Positions 25,854-38,629 of a stretch of 64,000 bases of DNA are shown here, one piece after another. The notes below the pieces were generated by a model. It ran no database searches. It was not told the DNA's origin and saw only the letters and a program-made list of their open reading frames with translations. Source of the DNA: Dipteris shenzhenensis (Eukaryota); the NCBI GenBank assembly GCA_047967505.1, contig CM106538.1; one strand, written 5' to 3'. Within the stretch, counting starts at the first letter, position 1. Each line of letters starts with the position of its first letter. The translations under genes and the position numbers were made by a program.

Positions 25854-28800
25854 ACAAGAGATTACTAAATATACACTAAGTTGAATTCCACATAAATACA
25901 CAAATGTGCACCACTTAGATTTAGTGTTAGGGTTTAATATGGTTAGGTCAACCAAAGGGAAACTTGCCATGTTGTGGCTAGTGACTCAAAGAGACTCGTT
26001 GGCAGAGCTTTAGTGTACAAAACCGTTATCAAGTTAAGATACTAGAATCATTGTGACATCAATAGAGAAAAGGTAACTTAGTTAAATACTTCCTAAGGTA
26101 GAGAGATCCTTGTAGTTAAGAAACCCTTAAATTATTGAGGAGACCTCTCTTATTATGGAGGCAATTTTGCAACAATTTTTTTGCAAGTTTCTTCTAAAAC
26201 TTCCAAGTTTTAAAATATTAATTGAGAGAAAATATGTCTAGAGGACAATGACACTCTCAGCTTGCCAGAATCTCATCTATAATTTTCCCCATATCCTGTC
26301 TAGTCACCCTTTCCATTTGTTTCAATTCATATCCCATTTTTTTCACAAGGGAAGCCCTAGTGCATGAGGTTAAGATCAAGCACAAGTTTGTTCAATAATA
26401 GCCTCTTAAGGAAACGAATCAAATTAAGATTGGTAAAGACTCTTTCCAATGCATTTATGCATTCACACTCTAATAGGTCCATATTTCTCCACTACACATA
26501 CTAAAGGGGTAGACAGAAAATACCATGATCTTATACTCTTGTAGTTATACATCTCAAAGTCTAATAGTTCAAGAGAGAGAGAAGATAGGTTGGACCAAGA
26601 AGGATTTACCAATAATTTTTTTATTGATGAATAGATGACTATATGAAGATCAAGGAAGATAGGGGGAAGATACTCTAGCCAAACCCCCTTACCAAAAAAT
26701 TATAGAATGTGTGATGCCATAGCAAGGGGAGTGCAAGTACTACTCCGTCAAGGAGATAGAGTTGCAAAGCCAGTGGTAGAGGCAAAGCTTGTGTCAACAT
26801 ATCTCATAATAAATTATCCTTTCATACACCTAATAATGTGTGAACTTATGGAGATGCCAAAAAATCAATGCCTTTTCGATGAGCCTTAGCAACTAGCCTC
26901 TCAAGTTGTTTATGAATCTCAATTAAAAGAAACAATGGATCTAACTTCTACTTGTTGAGGTTCCAATCTAAAATGATGTAGGATGACCCCTTGAACCTCC
27001 TCAATACTATCATGTAGCTTAACAAGGAGGGAATATGAGGCTATGTGGTAAGGTTGAAAGCACTAGCTGTATTGATGGTTACAAGAAACTATGATCAAAA
27101 TTTGCTTATCATCTTGTTCTACAACAACAATGAGAAGTTTTAGATGTTCTTATAGTTAGTAATAATTACAAGTCATTTTGCTACCTACTACATATAGGCA
27201 ATCGAACTAAAGACTAATTTGGGTCACACCACATTGAATTTGGTTACCCTGAGGCTCTCTAGGCTCAAAGAGTAGATGTGATTGATACTGTAAAGAAGGA
27301 AATAATATTGGATAAGCTGAGGAACAATTTCATGAGAAAGTTAAGGCTCAAACAATAAGAAAGAACTATTATTGGACAATTTGGAAAAAAACTTCATGGA
27401 AAAGTTAAGGCTCAATCGACAAGGAGGAGTTGAGAAAGCTCTTTGGCTAAGTAATTGCGATAAACAAGAAGGGTCTTGGTTGGTTTTTAATGGCTACTCA
27501 AAATCATCTAAGCATTGGATTGACTTACATAAGGTTTTATCATTTAGAAGTATTATGGCATCTACATCTGTTACGGTTACCATGACACAATGAACTATAT
27601 GCTGAATCTAATTAATTAAATTTCCTAGAATATCTACCTTCCCAGCTACCAAGGCTAATCATGTTCTAAAAGCTCTAGTAGGGCAAATAGACGAATTTTG
27701 TGACTTCCTCTCCACATACCCATGTCATCTCTTGTGTTGCCACCCTTAACATTTTCCAAAGCCAATTAGCCATCCATCCCAATTCTACACACAATAGGAG
27801 ATATTTACTCCAAAAGGACTTCTAAAGCTAGCCTATAAGAATTATTATTGCATCAAAAGTTACTCCAAAATAAATTATTAATATAGCCAAGAAGAATGAA
27901 AATTAAATCCCAATATATACAGGAACCCCCACATTCTCTACCATTTTGAGGAATGATATGAAGTTCATCAATCACTTTGAGTGGTGGACTCTTCCCTTAG
28001 GATTTGAGAGAAATACTTCAACCGCTTTGCAAAGACTATGTAGTAGGGCCACTAATTAAGAACTTCCCCTTGGAAAATGGAACAAAGCCTCATGTTGCAT
28101 CTCAAACTCAGCTTCTAGGAACTTTGAGAGTCCATATTGTAGAAACCTCGGACCAAACACTAAAATTGAATATGATGACTATACAAAGATCTATTTATAA
28201 AAAGGACATATACTGAGAAAGACTCTACGTAAATGAAGATTTCTAGTCGAACAATCTTTATGTATTGAAGAAAAAAGATCAAACATCGAACAATCTTTAT
28301 GTATTGAAGAAAAAAGATCAAACAAAGGAAGCATATGCAGGAAGGTGCAACTCAAAAGGGTTCCCTTATCCTTTAGCCTCATCGAGCCAATGTTTACTTG
28401 ACCTAGGTGAATATTTAGGCTCACATATTGAGAGGAAGGTGTTTGAGATTGCTGAACGTTGGACCAATCATGAACAAAAGAGAGGGGAAGCTCTTCCAAA
28501 ACAAAGAATACAAGACTTTTCAAAGGTGCCAACTCTCGATCCTCAGCCAAACTTAAAAGAGCCCAAGATCCAAAGTGTGGCAAGTACATTAACAATGCAT
28601 TACACATCTATGATGATGATATTTCCACCCCGACATCATTATCAACTCACAAGGCAATTTCTTGAAATCTCAATGTCCATGGAGCATATTGATACAACAT
28701 GCTTGGTAGTAACCTTGGGCACACAAATAGTACCATTGGGTTCGTTTCTCAAAACCAAACCCTACTCTATGGGCACATTTGGAGATTGATGGAAGGACAC

Positions 28801-28949
28801 TATGAAAGTAATGATTTAGTTTCCATAGCGAGGCAATGATACACAAAAGGATGATATCAAACAATACAAGTTAAGACTTCTGTTTGACACATGGAAACTC
28901 ACGAAAGATCCTCTTTTTTGCTTCAACTTCTTTTCTTGCCTTGTGAATG

Positions 28950-29800
28950 AGCTCAACCCACAAATTCTTTAATACTATGGCATATTAGAATGCAGTTTGT
29001 ATATGGGTTGTGCGTCTCTTCCCATGCCCTCTCCACCTTGCTTTCCCCCTTTACTATCCCATACGTCAAAAGAGGTGTGTCCCTCCCCTTACCTACAATT
29101 CCATCCATTACCCCACTTACCTTGATCCTCCACCTCTCCCACTCGTGCATCCTTCCACTTCATTTTCCACTATAGATAAATGGGTGGAAGTTCAACAGTT
29201 CAATGAGTATATCCACTATCACCACATTAGTACTCAAAACAAGGTGATTGAGATGTAGTATAGAGGAATTCATTGCAAAGGGGCACATTGCTATGGTATC
29301 CACGCAATGTTCTTCATGGCCTATTAGCTACCATAAAGAAGGTAATGCAATGGAAGATATGGAAATGCAAAGCAACACTCTCTCATTTCTTGCCTCCCCA
29401 CACTCACAAAATTAACATTGACCAAGAGTTCAACAACTCGGATGAGACCCTTCACCACCTCACTCCCAATATCTCAAACATATAGGTTGAATGCAACCGT
29501 GACACTTTTGGTCCTATCCAAACTCGTGAGAGACTTGGCTCCTACACTCTAGGATGCACTCACATTTTTTAGAGGCATAGAGAGGAGTATGGGTTGTGGA
29601 AGATTTGGCCTTCAAGTCCCTCTACAAGCAACTTTCCATCATTCTCAGCATTCATAGGTATAATGCTCACATCTTCACCATCACTTCCATTTTTACCCCT
29701 TTGCCATTCTACAGCCCCTTGTCCATGCTTTCTCCACACAAGTAACATTATCATCTACACCAAAATCCTTTCTTCAAAATGGCAAATATCCTTTCTTCAA
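28950..29800 (-). mobile_element. Very decayed Ty3 pol (RNase H/integrase) relic
   Basis: Traces such as AMNS...VVIVD resembling the integrase IAMDF...VVVD segment; weak. Confidence 0.35.
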
Positions 29801-29856
29801 AATGGCAAAGCCTATTGGATTCACTTGTTCATGAGTTATTAGTAGCACATGAGAGA

Positions 29857-29862
<6 letters not shown>

Positions 29863-29926
<64 letters not shown>
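29863..29926. repeat. (GA)n microsatellite
   Basis: Direct reading, one interruption. Confidence 0.98.
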
Positions 29927-29928
<2 letters not shown>

Positions 29929-31362
29929 CTCAAGTGTAGCAATTTTAGAAGTCTCTATACTTGTAGAGCACTTACCCTAATGCCAAGCCCAAGTGTAGAG
30001 CCTTGAGATTGATCTCTGAGCACTTCTCGATCATAGGTCAGAGAGGATGCACACATCATAGATCCATAGTCCTCCTATGTAGAATGGAAGTCATCTACAC
30101 TCCATGCTGCTAGAAGGAAATTTGATGTACAATTTCAACTTCAACATGCCCAAGATCGGATTACACAACTTGAGAATTTATCACTGCTATTCTTCTTAAG
30201 GATGTTATTCCTCCACCACCCTCACAGATACATGATTTTTAAAGTCTCACAGAGGAGATTAATGATTCTTCTTTTTCCTTCTCCTCAAATGATGATCTGG
30301 ACTATGAGAAGGGCGAGAAGGATATAGAGGATGAGCATGAGGACATTGAACATGATGTTACCAGAGACACTTTTAGTGATGATGGCTCACAAGGTGATTG
30401 TGACAATGATGATGGTGAGTTAAATGCATACGAAGAGGTTCATGGGGCTATGTAGCCTATTAATTTTTTTGCTCACTTTTTTTTCTTTAGTTTCCATTTC
30501 CATTTTATTTAGATATTTGGTTTATCTACTCTATCTTTCACCATTTTATGGTGCATTTTGCAGTTAGCACCCCAAAGTGATGCGATTTGAAATAATCCAT
30601 GATTTTAGGAGCTTCCCCCTTGTGGACATTTCTTTTGGATTTGATGATTTGTTAAAAGTTTATTGCCCTTCATTTGGCCCACGTATTTGATGTAATATTT
30701 AGGGAGTTACGTCTTTTGTATGCATGTTAGACGTTTAGATCTTAGCCCATCCACTCTCTTAGTTGCGCAAGTATGAAACACAATGGTCATTACAAGAGGA
30801 GTCAGGAGTCATCTTGATACGGTCATGGAGGCATTCGGTTTGAGTTAATCAATCAAGGAGAGGCACACTTTTTGCAAGAATAGTGTGTAGTCTCCGATGG
30901 TGACTCATATGTATTGGGGATCTTGGAGGAATCACAATGAAGTCCTCTACTCAAAGCTACTCCTTGTGAGAGCAATGCAAGCCCAAAGGGTCCACAAGAG
31001 TCACTCAAGTGGCTCCTGGAGTTGTTGCAACCATGAGTCCACAAAGAAGAGAGGTAAAGGGGAAGCAAAGATGATTGATCTCCAATCCTAGACATTGGGT
31101 CGAGGATTGGAGAATGAGTACTTGTGACCTTTGAGAGAAAGAAGAAGAAAAAGAAGACTCTAAGGTGTACATTAGTCAAAGAAGGTATTAGTAGGGGTTG
31201 ATCTCCAATCCTTGCCTTGATTTTTCATAATGGGTAGGCATGGATCTAATGGTTGTTACACTTTGCTTTTTTGCTTTATTAGCCTAATATTGTGTGTCTA
31301 AATTATCTAATTAGCCTAACGTCCTTGATTTCAAGCTCTGTATCTCTTAGTATCAATATTAA

Positions 31363-32048
31363 TTGGATATCAAATGTATATAACTTTAGTATATTTTATA
31401 TTTTATGATCTTTATCTATGCTTATATATTATTCTCTTATTAACTATGTTGTTTTTATTTAAATCAAAATAGATAGTTAGAATATATGTAAATAATTCTT
31501 TGTTATAAAAAGATATATAGTATTCTTAATATGTATATTCTTTTCTTTATTTACTATGCTATTTTGATAAAAATTCAACGTACATAGTTAGAATATACAC
31601 AAATATATGTTCTTAATATGTCTTAATTATTTCTTTGTATGTTCTTAATAAATAATATATTAGTTCTTTGTATGTTCTTAAAAAATAATATATTAGTTCT
31701 TTATATATTCAATATGTACCTTTAGGTATACATCAATGGATCAATAACAAACTCATCCAAGTGCATATACACATACATTTTAAAATATATAATGAAATAG
31801 AATATATAAATATAAACGTAGATATAAAAGTATATTTATATAAACATAAATATAAACAAATAAATATAAATATATAGATAATAACCTTTAGTTGGATATC
31901 AAATATATATAACATTAGTATATTTTATATTTTACGGTCTTTATCTATGCTTATATATTCTTCTCTTATTAATTATGTTGTTTTTATTTAAATTAAAATA
32001 GATAGTTAGAATATATGTAAATAATTCTTTGCTATAAAAGATATATAG
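31363..32048. repeat. Two ~157-bp AT-rich direct repeats (31363-31520, 31892-32048)
   Basis: ttggatatcaaat.tatataac...aaataattctttg.tataaaagatatatag present twice about 530 bp apart. Confidence 0.9.
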
Positions 32049-32739
32049 TTCACCTTTAAAGTACCCTTGGGTAGTAGTTCCTTTGAGACCCACACTTGTT
32101 TGGTTGCTCTTCTTCGTTGTCTTCTTTGTTAGTAGAGGTTGGGAAGTGGTAGTAGATGTTGACGCCGATGTTTGGATGTTGATTTGTTTGGTAGTGATTG
32201 TTGAATCTTAATGGGTCGATTCATCACTGAACAATCCGCTGTAAATGGCTTTGATCTAAATTCAACCCAGAACTGTTGTTGTTGTTAATGTAGCTACAGG
32301 AGTTACAAAAACTTGTAAGGCACAAGGTTATTGTCCATGGAAACATCCATCATTAACAAACCAACAAGCTTAATTGAGGTACCTTCTACGGATTGAATTT
32401 CTAAATTACATACTTCAAGAAGTACTTGCCTGAAATGTTTTAATGTTTCCCAGGAGATGAGGTTCTTGCTTACTCAACCATCTGCCAAGGACTTGTGTAA
32501 AAAGGTGTAATTGTAGTACGTTGATCATTGTCAAGGTGCATAATGTGAGTTCCTTTAGTAGTTTGTAGATCTATTGTGGCCAGTATATGTATACAATTTA
32601 GTGTGCCTTCTAACTTCGGTAAAGGAGGACACCAAGAGTCTTCGAGACTCTTCTTGTTGTCCTCTCGCTGATAAGCTTTGCACATATTCACCGATGTCGA
32701 CCTATTGGTGGTGTCACATTTAGCTATGAATAGATTTTT

Positions 32740-32940
32740 GGAGATAGGGAAAGCCTTCCAAGTTTGGAGATCCGCCCTCATGACTTGCTCATGCTTTCAT
32801 AGGTAAATAGTATTGGAGCACCAATCATCCTACAATATGGAAGACGGTCTATCTAGTATGATTTCATATGAATATGTCTGGTTGCAGAAGTCCATAAAAA
32901 CAAAGCACACTTGATATGTGAGGCCAAAATTCTAATTTTA
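32740..32940 (-). mobile_element. Ty3 aspartic-protease C-terminal relic
   Basis: FVFMDF...SYEIILDRP...DW.SNTIYL resembles the ILGRP...DW motif of retrotransposon proteases. Confidence 0.5.
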
Positions 32941-34987
32941 GGTCCTTTAGCACCCCCACTGGTTGAGAAGTGGCTCCATCAGCCAATTTCACTATCAAGG
33001 AGTAACTGATCTCCTCTTCCTCGCTTCAGCCGCGCTTCCTCGCCTCTCCGTTCCTAGCCTCCCTCGCCTCTCTCCCCCTCAGTCACCTCCCTCTCCTCTC
33101 CCTCCCTCTTCCTCTCCCTCCCTCTTGAGGCATAGAGAGACTCCTCATAGCAGTCCTCGAGGGCCTTTCACAGGCCCCCTTCTCCTTCGCCCAGCTCCCT
33201 TCACCTGCCTTGGTATATATACTAGGCTGTAGAAGCTTCTCGAGAGCAGAAGCTTCTCCAGGAAGCTCCCACTCGTCAAGCTCTCGAATCTTCTGCATTG
33301 TACGCCGATTAGATTACCTTAATCTTTGTGTCCTTGTGCGTCACACATCAATTAATCGGCAGGCTAAGGTTAATGTGGCCATCTCGCTCCCCCCTCGCCC
33401 TCCCCTCCTGCACAAATTAATTAATAGGGCCCCAAATTCAATTTGGGGGTCCCTAATTGCATATGAATTCTGGAAAGTTTTTGATAATTACAATTATTTT
33501 GTTATTGTTGTTTAGATTAATGCCATTATAGTGATTGTTAGTATTAATGTTAGTATTGTTGTTTAGTTTAATGTTAGGTGTTTTGTGTCTAAATGTTAAC
33601 GGAATGTTTCTTTGAAATTTGAATAAATGTTAGTATTTTGTGTTTAAATGTTAACGGAAATTTTCTTTGTGGATGCTAGCATTATTTTTGTTTGTTATTT
33701 GTTTATAAATTTAGGTTTTTTATTTGTTTTTTAATTTTTTAACGTGGTTGGTTTAGTGCTTTTAGGTGTGGTTAAGAGTTTTAGTAGGTGTAGTTAGGGA
33801 AAGGCATTCTGTCTTTGAAAGAGTCCGAAACAGCCAGCGGAGATTCATGCTCCGCCGACCGTAGACCTTTACAGAGTAGGGAATCGGTGTCGGGAGCCGA
33901 TTCCTGGGAGGAAAACAGGCACACCGGTAACTGATCGGAGGTCGGAAGCCGGTTGCCCAAGTTTTCTGACCGAAAATCAGCATCATGTCGTCAGCAGAGG
34001 GTGGAAGCGACACCAATGCGACACGTGGCATTGTTTTATTCGTCGAAACGATGGCGTGATTTGGGACTGAGTGCGTGATGACCGGCTGGCCGCGGTGTTT
34101 GTTGGAATCTGACCGGTTACGCAGTTTTCCCAAATTATGATTATTAAAGATCTTGGATCTGACGGTCCAGATCTGTGCTCCGCCAACCCCCGCCACCGTT
34201 GACGGTCATGGATACAGGGCATCAGTAGCGAGAATACGAAGAAATGTGAGGTTAGGAGGCCTGGATGGAAAGATACCGGGCTGGACCGAAATCCAGAATC
34301 TCGGCCACAACCATCAGAATCACCGGATTATCCAAATACTATATACCATGCAGATAATCGCAGCCGAACTATCATATCTCCTCTCCTCTCAGAAATTACA
34401 ATTGTTGCAATCATAGCCTAGCAATCATATCTCCTCTCCTCTCAGAAATCGCAATTGTTGGTTGGTTGCAGCAATCCACAGTGCACACGGCTGCTGCTTC
34501 AGTTAACTCTTCTGCATCACACATTTATCTTGCTTTCTTCTGTTCACCAGTTAGGAAGTGCTGGAGGATGACAACTGTTGCAATCCTCAAATTGCTGCAC
34601 AAATCCTCCCATAGATGTGCTCAGTGAATGATCACATGCATTAGAGCTCACGGGCGCCCTTTGCAAGCAACCCGGCAATTTGGTTCTGCTTTTCTGCCGT
34701 CCCACCAGCTGACAAAGTACATTGCCTGCGCAGGAAATTCTCCTTTGCAAGCCAGTTCTCCCTGGTGTCTATAATCTGTCTGGGTCCTTCCGTTCGCTCA
34801 CGCAGAAGCTCGATTGTAGTCAGCGTTGCAGCTATGCTCTGTTAGATGGACTGTTGCACTGAGTCACTCGTGTGCCTCACCGTCAGCGGTCCTCCCCTCT
34901 TACGATTCTTGGTTCCCTGGGAGGGCCATCTCCTGCTGATCCCATCCACTTAGCAGAAGCCAATTTGTCGAAACTTCGAAATTAACA

Positions 34988-35395
34988 ATGATGGAACTGG
35001 CAACGTACTCATGCCCCAACCGCACAGCTGCTCTCGCTGAACAGCGGATCCATGGTGCACTTTTTGATACCAGTCTTTTTCCTACGAAGATGACGCATTT
35101 CTGCGGTTTGGCCCTGGAGACTTACTCGCAATGGCGCGGTCGCAATTACTGTTCATCCAGAGCTTCTCGTTTGGGACCACTTAAATGTGAATCGGAAGAG
35201 GATGAAAAGATGCAACTCGGATCCAACACTCATTGGTTCAGCCGATCACTCCCGAATAAATTTGCCGTGGGTCTCACGTTCAAACATGAACGACGAAATT
35301 GTTTGCGCTTGACGCCAGTAAGGAGCGCTGCAGGTACGGACGTCGATGTAACGGATGGCGAAATTGCCGATGACTACTATTCAGTCCTCGGCGTG
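34988..35395 (+). CDS. DJC77: Chloroplast DnaJ-ferredoxin protein (DJC76/DJC77, CDJ3/4 type), exon 1: transit-peptide-like region and J-domain start
   Basis: Ends ADDYYSVLGV followed by donor GTACGG at 35396; joins in frame to PHDATPEEIKKAYY at 62928. Confidence 0.9.
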
Positions 35396-35753
35396 GTACG
35401 GTCCAAGAAAGTCTACTTTAATAGATTTTGCCTCATGTTGTGCGTTGCAGTAAAGCTCTAGCTGGGTAGTTTGGTTTAGGCGAGGTGGGTCACATGTCCC
35501 GGGTGGTTATGTAGTGAGGCTTCTCCCTCTTAAACGTTCACCTTAAAAAGTTTTACTTTCTTGTTGTTCCATGAACACTCTGGTCTGTTGTCAGTGACTG
35601 CCTTATTTGAAAACAGGTTTCTGCTCAATTCAAGGACTATTTTTTTTCAAGAAAATTCAAGGACTATTCGATTCCCTAACAGAATAAATGGGTGATAATC
35701 TCGACAAAATCATTTTTATTGAGTAGTGGCTGTACCGGTTTCCACAATTTCCA

Positions 35754-35901
35754 CCACGGCAGTCAATAGTCCTACCCGTCAAATGAATTCAAGAGCATGA
35801 ATCACGATCTCCTTATGAGCCTCATTGTGCCACGGCAGTCAATAGTCCTACCCGTCAAATGAATTCAAGAGCATGAATCACGATCTCCTTATGAGCCTCA
35901 T
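35754..35901. repeat. 72-bp direct duplication (76-bp period)
   Basis: ccacggcagtcaatagtcc...atgagcctcat at 35754 and 35830. Confidence 0.95.
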
Positions 35902-37029
35902 AAAGAGCTTTCAATGTATATTCTGCAGCACGAAGCACAGTATATATAAACGATGAGCTGCCATGAGTCATGGTTTCAACACACAAAGACGACTATAATT
36001 GTAAAGACAAAATCGACAATCCCTCACATCTCATTGTATAAAACAATGAACTTCCATCGACCATCCAAATTACTAACCCCCCCCCAAAAAAAGGGTCTTG
36101 AAAGCTGATTTTTTAATGGGGAGGGGTTCTGAGTGGCAGCAGTATTTCTGATCTACAAGGGCTCTCTTCTCTGCAAATAAACTCTGCAAATAAACACTAC
36201 TACTGTTTGTCGTCTGAGACAGCCTAGTCAACTGGCCTTGAGGCGCCATGGGATGTGGCCAGTAGCAAACCCAACTTGTATCCTGCTAGTACAAGACTGC
36301 AACCTTCTTGGTACTCTAAATAACGTGAACCCCAGTCCAGGGATCCATAATCTCCCAATAAAGCCAGTGCTACTAAAACAAAATGGGTCGCAAGGATACA
36401 TCTATTCCGGATTTTGAAATGCAAAAACGACCAAAAATTGTTGAAGCTGGTAGGCTTGAACAATTGGACAGTATGCTTTCTGTGTTCTTTCATGTTAGTG
36501 ATTATGTAGAAGTCCTCTGCATCTAGTACATACTACTGGCTCAAGAGTATCCTTCCCCACATCTCCTATCGTTGGTTTTGACGTTCTGCACACAGGTCTA
36601 GATCCTCTGCTCTCATTCTAGTGGCATCCCCATAACCATGGGCATCTTCATCTGTCCTCCCGTTCTGCTTTAGTTATTTTTTCTCTGTTTTCTTGCCTTT
36701 CCCATGATCGTCAATTTGCACACCAATTTGTGCCCATGCGTATCCATTTTCCACACTAGAGCCTTGATCGTTATTTGTTGTCATGCATGACAGCTTTAAT
36801 AAATTGTTTCTCTGTCCCATCCTTGGCTTTTGTCTTTGCCATCTGATTTAAGGGCCACCAGCCTCTGTAGGAAAACTCATCCTACTTTAAACCATTTCAT
36901 CCTAGTGTGAGCTAAAACTCACTCAACCCTAAACTCAACCATTAACTGTGGTTAGGAGGGAGAACCTTAGAAGGAAAAATGTCCCTAACCCTCCTAACTA
37001 AAGACATTCGTCACTACATTTAATATTAA

Positions 37030-37520
37030 AAATATTTCCAACTTCATTCGCTTGTAATGATAAGATCATCCATATAGAGAATTATAAGTATGAAGCTGTC
37101 ATTATTGTGTAGCACAAGAGATTGACGTCTGAAGTGTCCTTTTATATCAGAACTTTTGAAGAAGGCATCTATCTTCATGCACCACCACTTCGATGCTTGC
37201 TTGAGCCCATAAAGTGTCTTGTGGAGCTTGCAAACTTTTTGCTCTTGCCCCTTCTGCCTGAAGGGCCATGAGAAATGTACTGCCAAGGAAAGCATTGTTT
37301 TCACTATACTAGACTTTGCAACTGGTGCAAAAATCTCTGTAAATTCTACCCCCTGTTCCTGGGGCTACCCTTTGGCAACTAGTCTTGCCTTGTGCTTGTC
37401 AACGGATCCATCTGCTTTGCATTTCTTCTTGTACATCCTCTATAGATCACATTTTTTCCTAGTGGAAGGTTCTTGACAATGATATCCATTTCCTGTCGCA
37501 TGGCATTCTTCCAATGCACA
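37030..37520 (-). mobile_element. Ty1/copia reverse transcriptase relic
   Basis: KADGSVDKHKARLVAKG, EIFAPVAK, KVCKLHKTLYGLKQA, ILYMDDLII. Confidence 0.92.
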
Positions 37521-38629
37521 TGCTTGTTGCTTGAGTAAGACTCTAAGTGTCATCATTAACCAACACATGCATCATGAGGGCTGCATCTGCACTCTCCCTT
37601 GGCGGCTGTAATTTCGCTACAATTTTGCTTCCTCAATTGTCTTCACATATAATTCCAGCAATTTGGCAGAAGTTTTATTGGCTTCTTTGGGTTGTTGCAA
37701 TTGTCATTGCTACTGTTTTTCCTCCTGTAGGGACAAGATTTGTTGCGCTCCTCATCCTCCTCAGATTGTTCACTTTTGGTTGACAACGGTTGGGAATCAT
37801 CGTCTGCCACTTTCTCGTGTTAGTCTATCTTGAAGGGTGGTGACTCTTCCAATCTTGATGCTCCATTGACGCTCACTAAGCTAGACTAAGATTTTCAAGG
37901 GCTCACACTGTTTTAAGGCTTTTTAAAATCAGAATCTTTAGGCGAGAAATTCTTTGCTTAGGTGATCATTTGTTTGCAAAGGGGGTGATAGAACCTCGGA
38001 GAATGTCTACAATAAATCATGGTATTTCACCTAACAAGTAAGGCCTTTGTGATTCATTTGATTCCCTTAATACATAATACCTTGTAATAATAATAATAAA
38101 TGCATAATACCATTCATGGTGCCCATCTAGATTTTGTGGGAGTAGCTTATCAAAGTTTGATAAGTTGCGTGATAGTTTTGAGCGGTCCTCCTTAAGGTCC
38201 CGTGTTTCCTTGCATTTAGTCCATGGTAGGTCCAATGAGTTTTTCAGTTTGTTATTTTATTGTAGCACAATGCCAGTTTGTAAGACTTCTATTTTTGTTT
38301 GACAAATATGCCTCTTGGCACCTCATAGCCTTTTGCTTTGTAGCTGAGACAATTAGGATATTCCATGCATGATAGGAGCCCAGGCACCCTTGAGCTTGCT
38401 TCATCTATCAAGGCTGATGTTCAGCTTCTAGAGTTTGGGTTGGAGTATCAAGGTGCATATTCTAGCCTCTAGAGTATAGAGCAAGCTCATAGCCAGGGTT
38501 TGACTCCAATACTAGAAACTTGGAAATAGTTGTCCTTCTTGGCATCGCTTCTGCATTCTTATTCATGGGGCAACGGGGTTGCAGGATCTTATTGGGCTTT
38601 CTCTTTTGACATAGACGACACTCCTTGTC

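Noticed and set aside
25549-25970. ORFs with ERERER / LSLSLS runs (also 29779-30006)
   Set aside because: Translations of (GA)n microsatellites
35396-35461. ORF-track tail of the DnaJ exon 1 ORF
   Set aside because: Intronic; the J domain continues at 62928
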